Of a DNA stretch of 62,708 nucleotides, positions 1-10,081 are shown piece by piece (the first letter of the stretch is position 1; the number at the start of each line of letters is the position of its first letter). A program made the translations under genes and the position numbers. This stretch comes from Octopus bimaculoides. Its lineage: Eukaryota. Location of the stretch: the NCBI RefSeq assembly GCF_001194135.2, contig NC_068991.1, positions 13,272,466-13,335,173 of the forward strand, read 5' to 3'. Under the pieces are notes generated by a model, which saw only the letters and a program-made list of their open reading frames with translations, ran no database searches and was not told where the DNA came from.

Positions 1-32
<32 letters not shown>

Positions 33-37
33 ATATG

Positions 38-81
<44 letters not shown>

Positions 82-261
82 TATACATACGTACAAACAT
101 ACAAATGTACATAGCAAATGTAGCAACGTTCATAGGTATATAAACATACATCCATTCACCCATCCATCCATCCATCCATCCATCCATCCATCCAAACATA
201 CATACATACATACATGCATGAAAACTGTATACACAATACATTGATACATACATACAGAAGT

Positions 262-456
262 CATCAACACCGTCTGGTCGAACTTGCTCGGACATTTTTA
301 ACCTGCACGCCCCTTCCGTCTCGGTCCTGCATTAGTTGAGGGAGGTCTTTGGGGAGGCGTCCAGTGTCTCTGGTGAGTTGACCTACATACTTTGTGTTCG
401 GACGACCTGCTAGAGTACGGCCATGCTTTGGCATCCATATCCATAGGTCACTTATA
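262..456 (-). mobile_element. RTE-clade LINE 3' fragment
   Basis: Translation ISDLWIWMPKHGRTLAGRPNTKYVGQLTRDTG..DLPQLMQDRDG resembles the RTE ORF C-terminus (LLWxPxHGxxxxGRP...DRxxW). Confidence 0.7.
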
Positions 457-897
457 CATAAATACATACATATCAACATACGTATATATGCATACATTAT
501 ATACCAACATACACACACACATACATACATACATGTATGCATTCTTACATACATAAAATCTTTATACAAAATGCATACATAGATACAAAATTATATATAT
601 ATATAAATACATACGTACATATGATATGTAAATTACATCATTGCATTCAAAAGTATATACAGGGCCGTATTTATAGGGGGTCGAAGAGTGCAATTGCCCC
701 AGGCATCCACTAGGTGTAGGGCCCTCCTTCTATGAAGGGTATGTAGCACTCAATACAGGAAAACCCCACATCTCGTCAATCATGCATGCAGAGACTCTCT
801 TTCAATAAACAAACGTATTTTAAGAAATGTAATGGATCCTCTTTTTTGATAAATAACCAGAGGTAGCGAAGAGCCTAAGTTAGTAAGTAAGTTAGTA

Positions 898-1280
898 AGG
901 AAGGAAGGAAGGAACGAACGAACGCACGAACGAACGAAAGAACGAAAGAACGAAGGAAGAATGGAAGGAACGAAGGAAGAATGGAAGGAAGGAAAGGAGG
1001 GAAAAAGGAAGGAACGAACGAACGAACGCACGAAGAAAGGAACGAAGGAACGAACGAAAGAACGAAGGAAGAATAGAAGGAACGAAGGCAGAATGGAAGG
1101 AAGGAAAAGAGGGAAAAAGGAACGAACGAACGAACGAACGCACGAAGAAAGGAACGAAGGAACGAACGAAAGAAGAATGGAAGGAACGAAGGAAGAATGG
1201 AAGGAAGGAAAGGAGGGAAAAAGGAAGGAACAAACGAACGAACAAATGAACAAACAAACGAACGAATGAACGAACGAAGG
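898..1280 (+). repeat. Compound (GAAG/GAAC)n tetranucleotide microsatellite with higher-order blocks
   Basis: Purine-rich array; the block gaatggaaggaaggaaa(g/a)gagggaaaaagg recurs three times (~980, ~1091, ~1195). Confidence 0.9.
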
Positions 1281-1377
1281 AAATATGTAATTAATTCATT
1301 AATTCATTAATTAATCAATTAATTACATATTTCCTTCCTTCCTTCTTAATTAATTAAGTAGATTAGTAATTAAAGTA

Positions 1378-1587
1378 CGAGGTCCGATCAATAAGTATCC
1401 GGACTGTTGCCATAGTAACGAAGCTAAAGCACGCAAAGTGAAGCCGCCAGGGATAGATTGACTTTGAACGCTGCTATGCATGCGCACTAAGTCTTAATGT
1501 TCTAGCTCTCTTCCGCTGTTTACAGCAGTGCTTGATAGGAAGGTGTGTAGCGTGTGATCGTTGCATTGACCATGACAGAGAAAGTTG
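1378..1587 (+). mobile_element. Mariner-type DNA transposon, left end with truncated transposase start
   Basis: TA followed by the TIR-like cgaggtccgatcaataagtatccggact; ATG ACA GAG AAA GTT (MTEKV) at ~1572, then lost into (ATGT)n. Confidence 0.6.
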
Positions 1588-1609
1588 TCATGGCGATTCC
1601 TGCTCATAT

Positions 1610-1905
1610 GTATGTATGCATTTACGTATGTATGTATGTATGCTTGTATGTATGTATGTATGCATGTGTGTATGTATGTATGTATGCATGTATGCATGTA
1701 TGTATGCATGTATGTATGTATGTATGTATGTATGTATGTATGTATGTGTGCGTGCGTGCGTGCATGCATGTATGTATGTGTGTATGTATGTATGTATTAT
1801 GTATGTTGGTGTTTATGTATGCATGCATCTGTATGTGTGCATGTATGTGTGTATGTATGTGTGTATGTATGTATGTATGTATGTATGTATGTATGGATGG
1901 ATGGA
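1610..1905 (+). repeat. (ATGT)n/(GTAT)n microsatellite
   Basis: Direct reading; it generates the spurious MYVC/HTYI ORFs. Confidence 0.95.
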
Positions 1906-2814
1906 TGTAGCGACTACATGGTTTCGGGTTTAGTTTCATAGCGCGGCACCTTTTACTACAGCCTCGGGCCGACCAATATCTTGTGAGTGGATTTGGTTGT
2001 CGGAAACTGTGTGGAAGCCCGTCGTCTAAATATATGAGTATCTTTACGTTTGTATCCCCCCCACCTTATCCCCCACTACCGCCGTTTGACAACCGTTGCT
2101 GAGGTATGTACGATTCAGGATCTAGCGATTCGGCAAAAGATATCGATAGAATAAAAACCAGACTAAAAAGTAAATACTAAAGTCGATTTGGTCGACTAAG
2201 TCCTTCTAAACGGTGCTCCAGCATGACCGCAGTCCAAAGACCGAAACAAATAAAAAATAAAAGATTTATGCAAATATATTTGTATTTACAACAGTCGGTT
2301 GTTGATTTAAAATTAAGAACAAAAAAGTTGTCTCCCTTGATAGAGTTACACAGCTGAAATAGTGAGACATAACATGCCTACAGAATTCATTGATTATATC
2401 AATATATTAGCATTGGACTGGTAACTATTTTATTGATTCTTAGGTGGACTTGTGCCTATAGTAGAAAGGAATATTTGGGGTGATGTAAGGTGACGAGCTG
2501 GGAGAGTCGTTACTAATATTAGTAACATAACATTATACTCTAGCGTTAATATTTATTTCTGTATTGAAGGACAGACAAGAGGGTTAAGTCGATTACATCG
2601 ACCCCAGTGCGTAACTGATACTTATTTAATCGGCCCCGAAAGGATCAAAGGCAAAGTCGACCTCGGCGGAATTTGAACTCAGAACGTATTGACAGACGAA
2701 ATTCCGCTAAGCATTTCGCTCGGCGTGCTAACGTTTCTTATTTCTTTATTGCCCACAAGGGGCCAAACATTTAACTGGATATAAACTATATGCTTAATCT
2801 ATACCTATTGTTTT

Positions 2815-3112
2815 AAGGGAATTTCGTTCCCCAACAATACTAGGTACTGAACCAGTATTTCCTTGGATGCAACCATCCCTTTGTGAAGTTAACATATCCT
2901 CTAATCAAATATATATGATAGATCGCTGACCACTACATTTATATATTTTTCTCCTTGTTTTTCTCCTTATTTCTTTCTGTGTTCCTTTCGGTTGAAGACC
3001 GTAGGCTCGAAACGTTAAAGACTTTCTCTATTCTCGAGCGTTAAACTAATACATCCATTTGTTGTTTACACCACTTGTCCTCGTGTGTTGTTGTTTCTTT
3101 CGTAAATTCTCC
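2815..3112. mobile_element. Penelope-like terminal-repeat fragment (tentative)
   Basis: Pyrimidine-rich repeat containing TGAAGA..gtag..GCTC GAAACGTT, the motif style of Penelope pseudo-LTRs. The family assignment is recalled, not searched. Confidence 0.4.
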
Positions 3113-3924
3113 CATATATATATATATATATATATATANNNNNNNNNNNNNNNNNNNNNNNNNNNNNNNNNNNNNNNNNNNNNNNNNNNNNNNNNNNNNN
3201 NNNNNNNNNNNNNNNNNNNNNNNNNNNNNNNNNNNNCTAGAGAGATACATACATACATACATACATATATATATATAGACACATATACACGTGTGTGTAT
3301 GTGTGATCACCACCACCACTACCGCTTGACAGCCAGTGTTGCTAGTTTACCGCCCTGTAAGTTAGCGGTTCGGCAAAAGCACGTTACTTAAAAAAAAAAA
3401 AAAAGAAAGAGTGAGAGAGAAGAACTGGGATAAATTTGTCCGTTTAAACTCTTCAAATATTCCACCAGCACAAAATTTGTCTAAATTTGTCCGATTGTGC
3501 ATGAATGTCACCAAAGCAAGAACGTCTAATTGAAATTTTGTCATAATGTGGAATCTCTTTTCCCATAACTGTGTATTAGTCCAAACTATGCATTATTTGC
3601 TAGTTTATCCATTACAGGACTCCCTTTGTGTGATTTGAGAAATATCACACTAAAAACACGCTAAATCTTATATCAACACAAGTACTTATACCAAAGGGAG
3701 ATAATTCATCAATTTTGAAGAGTTATCTCCCATGTAATTTTTTTTTTTATGACATGATCCTCTGTTGATTCGCTTTTCTGTATTCGGTCAAGACGAACAC
3801 AGAACTAAATAGTTATAACAATAGCGCACGTTGTTGTCGAATTCAGGAGTTATGGTTTACCAACATGTACTACCGCATTCAATTCATACCACAGATACAC
3901 TTGAAATAAACACTCTGAACGTTG

Positions 3925-4310
3925 AGACCACAAAATGTCCAGCAGCAGATCGGTGTTAATATTAAAGAGGATGGGCGAGAGCGCATCCCCCTGTCTAACA
4001 CCACGCTGAATCTCGATGGGTTCGCTTAATTGTCCCTCCAACCGAGAATCTAGTTGTGCAGCCTTCATACATCCCTTCCACAAGCCTTATTAAGTGCTCG
4101 TGGAAGCCAAGCCTTCGCAGCTCTGCATACACCAGTAAGCGCGGGACCGTGTCGAAGGCCTTCGCGAAGTCTATGAAGGCGATTTCCAGCCGCGATATTC
4201 TCGACCGTGCTGGCCTACCCATTGTCCGGCTGGCAAGCTGCTACAAAATGAATGAATTCTCGCTGCAACCGTCAGCCTTAATGAATCCTCGTTGAGCGGG
4301 ATTCGGGGGA
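3925..4310 (-). pseudogene. Decayed reverse transcriptase of an R2-superfamily (RLE-type: R2/NeSL/Utopia/HERO-like) non-LTR retrotransposon
   Basis: Minus-strand reading AQRGFIKADGCSENSFIL*QL...LEIAFIDFAKAFDTVP...MYEG, then a frameshift to IEIQRGVRQGDALSPILFNINTDLLL. QRGFxxxDGCxEN is the R2-group RT motif. One stop and at least one frameshift. Confidence 0.85.
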
Positions 4311-4321
4311 GTTACCTAAAG

Positions 4322-4619
4322 CAGGGGTTTTCAAACTTTTTGACTTGCGGACCCCTTTATATTTCAGGCTTTACCTTAGGGAATCCCTCATAAACGCTTA
4401 TGAAATTTATACATAAATATTTGCTTAAAATAACATATATTTTTACATTTATTTATTTAACAGTATTTAACAAAATAGGTTTATTGTCAATCAAAATATT
4501 TCGATTAAAAAACATATATAAAATCAAATTGCCCATAAAAAGTATTTGCTGTCCACGGACCCCCTGTCTTGTCCTCGCGGACCCCTTGTGGTCCGTGGAC
4601 TACAGTTTGAAAACCCCTG
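4322..4619. mobile_element. hAT (Charlie-like) MITE, 298 bp
   Basis: Perfect 16-bp TIRs CAGGGGTTTTCAAACT (4322-4337) / AGTTTGAAAACCCCTG (4604-4619); perfect 8-bp TSD ACCTAAAG (4314-4321, 4620-4627). Confidence 0.95.
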
Positions 4620-5672
4620 ACCTAAAGCATNNNNNNNNNNNNNNNNNNNNNNNNNNNNNNNNNNNNNNNNNNNNNNNNNNNNNNNNNNNNNNNNNNNNNN
4701 NNNNNNNNNNNNNNNNNNNNNNNNNNNNNNNNNNNNNNNNNNNNNNNNNNNNNNNNNNNNNNNNNNNNNNNNNNNNNNNNNNNNNNNNNNNNNNNNNNNN
4801 NNNNNNNNNNNNNNNNNNNNNNNNNNNNNNNNNNNNNNNNNNNNNNNNNNNNNNNNNNNNNNNNNNNNNNNNNNNNNNNNNNNNNNNNNNNNNNNNNNNN
4901 NNNNNNNNNNNNNNNNNNNNNNNNNNNNNNNNNNNNNNNNNNNNNNNNNNNNNNNNNNNNNNNNNNNNNNNNNNNNNNNNNNNNNNNNNNNNNNNNNNNN
5001 NNNNNNNNNNNNNNNNNNNNNNNNNNNNNNNNNNNNNNNNNNNNNNNNNNNNNNNNNNNNNNNNNNNNNNNNNNNNNNNNNNNNNNNNNNNNNNNNNNNN
5101 NNNNNNNNNNNNNNNNNNNNNNNNNNNNNNNNNNNNNNNNNNNNNNNNNNNNNNNNNNNNNNNNNNNNNNNNNNNNNNNNNNNNNNNNNNNNNNNNNNNN
5201 NNNNNNNNNNNNNNNNNNNNNNNNNNNNNNNNNNNNNNNNNNNNNNNNNNNNNNNNNNNNNNNNNNNNNNNNNNNNNNNNNNNNNNNNNNNNNNNNNNNN
5301 NNNNNNNNNNNNNNNNNNNNNNNNNNNNNNNNNNNNNNNNNNNNNNNNNNNNNNNNNNNNNNNNNNNNNNNNNNNNNNNNNNNNNNNNNNNNNNNNNNNN
5401 NNNNNNNNNNNNNNNNNNNNNNNNNNNNNNNNNNNNNNNNNNNNNNNNNNNNNNNNNNNNNNNNNNNNNNNNNNNNNNNNNNNNNNNNNNNNNNNNNNNN
5501 NNNNNNNNNNNNNNNNNNNNNAACGAGTCCCTCCAGTTATTATCAGAAGAAACCTTGCCTCCGGGATTAGCGTTTTTGCGTGTCCGCTTTTTCATTTTAG
5601 TAGATGGTTGCGCTGATGTCTGGTGTAGTGCCTGTTGTGGAGAGTCCTTAATTGTTCACGTACCTCCTCCTG

Positions 5673-5726
<54 letters not shown>
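5673..5726 (+). repeat. (CTA)n trinucleotide microsatellite
   Basis: About 18 uninterrupted CTA units. Confidence 0.95.
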
Positions 5727-5727
<1 letters not shown>

Positions 5728-5749
5728 CGAGTGTGAATAGTGCTCAGTT

Positions 5750-5913
5750 CATTGTTTTAGCTTTCGAATGACGCCACCCGCTGGCTAGGCGTGTAAACCA
5801 ATATTCCCCCACTGAACGAAAGTGGGGACCGAAACAACGTGGTCTGAGAGTCGAACCCACGATCCAGTGATCGTGAGTGCAACACCCCTAACCACTAGGC
5901 CACGCGCCTCCGC
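5750..5913 (-). mobile_element. tRNA-derived SINE (family D head), internally shortened
   Basis: Minus strand ggaggcgcgTGGCCTAGTGGttaggg...gtgGGTTCGACTCtc shows A and B boxes; related to the copies at 49540-49765 and 58903. Confidence 0.65.
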
Positions 5914-6962
5914 ATATACCCTAATTCAATGAGGAGGTAGTTCAGCTGATTCGAGCAATCAGAATAATCACCTTCGAAAACGACGGTGAACCATTTACTT
6001 CGTATGTCGTATAGTGAACTATATGTAGTTAGATCTAAGGCAGGCTTTTCTTTTCTTTTCTTTTTTTTTTCTTTTTTTTTTCTTACCGTGGGTATTTTAA
6101 ATAAATGTTAGAGCAGAGCATTGAAAATTCTGAAGTAAGAATGAACAATAAATAAATAAATAAATAAATATGAAAGAAGAAAGAAAATGAATGAAAACAT
6201 TATGATTAGACAACAGGTTATGTGATCTGTGATGTCAGCCGGGTGTGATTGGTAGTCTATCTGTGAGTAAGCAAATTGCTGGTGTCATGTTTGGCTTTAT
6301 TAATGAAAAAAAAATATATATACACATATACTAATAGTAAATAAAATGAAATAAATTCTATTCACTAAGTCGCTAAGGTGAGGTGGATATTAGATAGACT
6401 GTTATCAGATCCAGTCTGCATCTATTCGGGGTGGAGGTGGGGTAGGACTAGCTAAGATACATTGCTGCCAGGTACAAAATATGGAAACTAATTTTGGCTG
6501 TTAGCTGTTGCTAATTCACTTAATTTTTATCATTAATAATCCTATTTTAAAATCATATTTCAGTCTCCATTTGTCCCACCCTCCTCTTCTTTCTCCTCTC
6601 TCTGTTTTCTATCTGTGAGTCTTTTCAATATATTAAAAAGTAATATGTATTGCTACTAGTTCAGGCCTTGTGTCTAGGGTAGAAAAGAATATTCATCGCC
6701 ACTACTTGCTATGCTGTACTCCCAGAGTGGCATACACCATTCTATGCCTGACTGGCTCTACTGTAGCAGTACACAGTATGTGGATTTTCAAGGTGAGCTC
6801 TGATTGGCTGCATGCAAATGAGTTCATTACTGGGTTTCGGAACTCTCGAGGGAAAAAAAAAATTTCGCGTGCGGCCCGTCTGATGATGAGTTGTGTCTCA
6901 TGCGGCCCACTTCTCGAAAATGGTTGCTCTTGCCCTAACTAGACAAATGAAAATAAATAGAT

Positions 6963-7173
6963 ACTCTTTACTCTTTTGCTTGTTTCAGTCATTTGACTGC
7001 GGCCATGCTGGAGCACCGCCTTTTAGTCGAGCAAATCGACCCCTGGACTTATTCTTTGGAAGCCTAGTACTTATTCTATCGGTCTCTTTTGCCGAACCGC
7101 TAAGTTACGGGGACGTAAACACACCAGCATCGGTTGTCAAGCGATGGTGGGGGGGACAGACACAGACACACAA

Positions 7174-7214
<41 letters not shown>

Positions 7215-7370
7215 CGACGAGCTTCTTTCAGTTTCCGTCTACCAAATCCACTCACATGGCTTTGGTCGGCCCGAGGCTATAGTAGAAGACACTTGCCCAA
7301 GGTGCCACGTAGTGGGACTGAACCCGGAACCATATGATTGGTAAGCAAACTACTTACCACACAGCCACTC
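6963..7370 (-). mobile_element. SINE family A (tRNA-like head, internal (CA/TA)n, AAGAGTAA tail; possibly a CORE-type octopus SINE)
   Basis: Near full-length copy of the most abundant repeat in the window (ggagtggctgtgtggtaagtagcttgc...ccttgggcaagtgtcttc...gaaacaagtaaaagag). Confidence 0.9.
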
Positions 7371-7676
7371 AGATAGATAAATAAATAAATAGATAAATAA
7401 ATACACAAACAACTTTTATTGTATGTGTAGGATTAATTTAGTTCGTGGGGAGAAGATAGAGGAAGGAAGAGGGAATATCAATTGTTTCTATTGAACAGCA
7501 AGAAATATTTTGCATTGCTTGCTCTCTGCTTTAAATTAGTGCAACATGCATGTGATTTATAAAAGAAGGCTTCAAAAACAATGGATGCTGCCCTGCTGGT
7601 TAACTAATTGTTTTATTAATAACTAGCTGGTGAAGATTCGTATAAACGGTCGATCGATTTGTTATAAATATCTGGA

Positions 7677-8158
7677 TTGGCTGTGTGGTAAGTAGCTTGC
7701 TTACCAACCACATGGTTCTGGGTTCAGTCCCACTGCGTGGCACCTTGGGCAAGTGTCTTCTACTATAGCCTCGGGCCGACCAAAGCCTTGTGAGTGGATT
7801 TGGTAGATGGAAGCCCGTCGTGTATATGGTGTTTGTGTGTCTGTGTTTGTCCCCCCAGCATCGCTTGACAACCAATGCTGGTGGGTTCACGTTCCCGTAA
7901 CTTAGCGGTTCGGCAAAAGAGACCGATAGAATAAGTACTAAGCTTACAAAGAATAAGTCCTGGGGTCGATTTGCTCGACTAAAGGCGATGCTCCAGCATG
8001 GCCGCAGTCAAATGACTGANNNNNNNNNNAAAGAGACCGATAGAATAAGTACTAAGCTTACAAAGAATAAGTCCTGGGGTCGATTTGCTCGACTAAAGGC
8101 GATGCTCCAGCATGGCCGCAGTCAAATGACTGAAACAAGTAAAAGAGTAAAAGAGTAA
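7677..8158 (+). mobile_element. SINE family A copy (3' part duplicated across a 10-N gap)
   Basis: Same consensus in the opposite orientation to 6963-7370. Confidence 0.9.
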
Positions 8159-8455
8159 ATATCACGCAATTTTCACATCTGAGCGGTGTGAAAATAGGGA
8201 ATACCAAAGCCGTCTTAAGACAAGGGCAGACTTTAGGGGCCCGATTATACCCCAACCACCAAACCATGCGCCTTCACGCAAAGTTACTACATTAAATAAT
8301 TGCTTCTAGTTTTGGCACAAGGACCATAATTTTGAGGGATGGGACTGGTTTTAAAATAGAAAATAGAAACCAATAAAATAGAAACCAAATAAAATAGAAA
8401 CCAAAGAGGTCCATAATTAAAAAATGGTTGAACTTCCTTTGAGTTTTACTTTGAA

Positions 8456-8670
8456 GAGGCGGCGAGCTGGCAGAAAATCTCTAGCGCGCCGGGCAAATTG
8501 CTTAGCGGCATTTCATCTGCCTTTACGTTCTAAGTTCGAACTCCACCGAGGTCAACTTTGTCTTTCATCCTTTTGGGGTCGTTAAAATAAGTATCAGTTG
8601 AACATTGGAGTCGATGTAGTAGACTACCACCTCCCTCAAAAATTGCTGGCCTTTTGCCAAAATTTGCAAC
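8456..8670 (+). mobile_element. SINE family B (aaggcggcgagctggcagaa...ttctgagttcaaattccgccgaggtcgac...aaataagtacc)
   Basis: tRNA-like head and conserved core; other copies at ~2570-2770(-), 20480-20640(-), 37530-37620(-), 40156-40389(-), 50795-51013(-), 55465-55645(+), 59620-59780(-). Confidence 0.8.
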
Positions 8671-9502
8671 TATTTACAGAACAGGTGAATGTTATCAGAC
8701 AAATAAATAAAGGATTCGAAAGTAAATTGGAAGCAACGTATCAGAAAAATTACGCAAATTGTGACTGAGTTGTGTAAATATTATTAAACAACTAGCAGAA
8801 AACCGTCAGGAGGGCGGTCTTTCTGCTAGTACTAATTATAAGGCCAGTCAAGTAACAGGAGTGAATGTACGCTATTAACCAACCCCTTCCATTCACTCCC
8901 AAATGTAACTATGGGCCTATGTTAGAAAATTACGTTATTGTTATTTACAATAAAGATTATTATTGACAAAAGGAGAGAAATAAGAAATAGATTGATAGTG
9001 AGAGAAAGAGATACATACAATGATAGAGACAGATAGCTAGATAGATAGATAGAGAAGGAGAGAGAGTGGGAGAGCGTGGGACAGAAGTCTGTTATATAAC
9101 AAAAATTATGTAATTGTTTGTTTTCTGTATACAACTTAATTGTTCATCTTGTATGCAGATTTAAAATAAATATAATTGCCATAGAATTTTAGAGTGCAAA
9201 CCATTTTAACTTTTAACAATTGAGTAACTTTAGAATTTATAGAATTGATCCAAGTATGTGCTCGCGAGTGCGTTTGTATAAATGACAAGAGAGCATAGAT
9301 TACGTAATCACTTTCATTAGCTTACAGACGTTTCTGCTATTGGTAGCAGAGCACTCTGAACTGTGTGCTGGGGCACTGCTTCTCATAGAAGAAACGTCTG
9401 TAAGCTAACTCTTGTCTTCCATTAATTAACATTACAATCTATACTCACCCATAAGTATATTGAGTTCTAACAACTGATTAGTATTGTTATGCCTAACCCA
9501 AA

Positions 9503-9536
<34 letters not shown>

Positions 9537-9549
9537 ATAATTTTCCCAT

Positions 9550-9890
9550 CGTCTTGGCTCAACAGCCCTCACCGTTTGTTTTTACTGTCTTCTTCTCACT
9601 GTCCTGTTCTTGTTAACACTTTCACCCTCCGCAAAAAATCCCAAATTTTATTTAATTTGCTTTGCGGAAAGGACTGTTTCAACGAAGTCGCGTGCGTATT
9701 GTCCTTACCTTCGAAACGCGGAGTAGATGGAACAGGGACAACTGACGAAGGGGTATACTCTTTATGTTGCATGTCCCGTTTCTCTGTTTGTTTTTTTCGT
9801 TGTTCGAAAAAAAGTTCGTTTTCTATCTTTTCATTTTTATGTTTTCGTTTCTCATTGTGTTTAACGTTTTTTTTATGTCCTGTACCCATA
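9550..9890. mobile_element. Interspersed repeat, Penelope-LTR-like (tentative); paralog of 25375-25720
   Basis: Shares ttcGAAACGC...CTGA(C/T)GAAGG...tct(t/c)tatgt(t/g)gc and the upstream ttgcgg...aacga with 25375-25720. Confidence 0.45.
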
Positions 9891-9932
9891 TATGCATGTA
9901 TATATACATATATATGTAGGTATGTACATATA

Positions 9933-9965
<33 letters not shown>

Positions 9966-9968
9966 TAT

Positions 9969-10081
9969 TTAGTGCGCATGCACAGCAGAGTTCAATGTCA
10001 ATCTATGCCAAGCGGCTTCACTCTGCATGCTTGAGCTTCGTTACTATGGCAACAGTCCGAATACTTAATGATCAGAGCTAG
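9969..10081 (-). mobile_element. Second, inverted copy of the same mariner left end
   Basis: The reverse complement aligns over ~110 bp with 1378-1490 (ggactgttgccatagtaacgaagct...gcatgcgcactaa) and is flanked by TA. Confidence 0.65.

Noticed and set aside
661-730. hAT-like left ends (cagggccgtattta at 660, cagggatagggaac at ~10098)
   Set aside because: No matching right TIR or TSD found, so element boundaries cannot be supported.
780-1941. Several ORFs of 100-157 aa (FVRSF.., MEGTKEEWKE.., MYVCMYV..)
   Set aside because: Translations of tetranucleotide microsatellites.
4400-5740. Long ORFs containing X runs (also 23332-24831, 32685-33768, 40630-41563, 43529-45542 and others)
   Set aside because: Open only because N gaps contain no stop codons.
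7917-8140. Exact ~100-bp tandem duplication of a SINE tail around a 10-N gap
   Set aside because: Identical copies on either side of a gap; typical contig-overlap artefact.
6963-8158. Recurrent identical segments resembling an array or CRISPR-like repeats
   Set aside because: They are dispersed SINE copies in both orientations, with no regular repeat-spacer structure and no cas genes.
9596-9949. 117-aa minus-strand ORF with a donor-like cgaag|gtaagg
   Set aside because: Lies in an interspersed repeat paralogous to 25375-25720, starts in a (TA)n tract, and has no recognisable domain.
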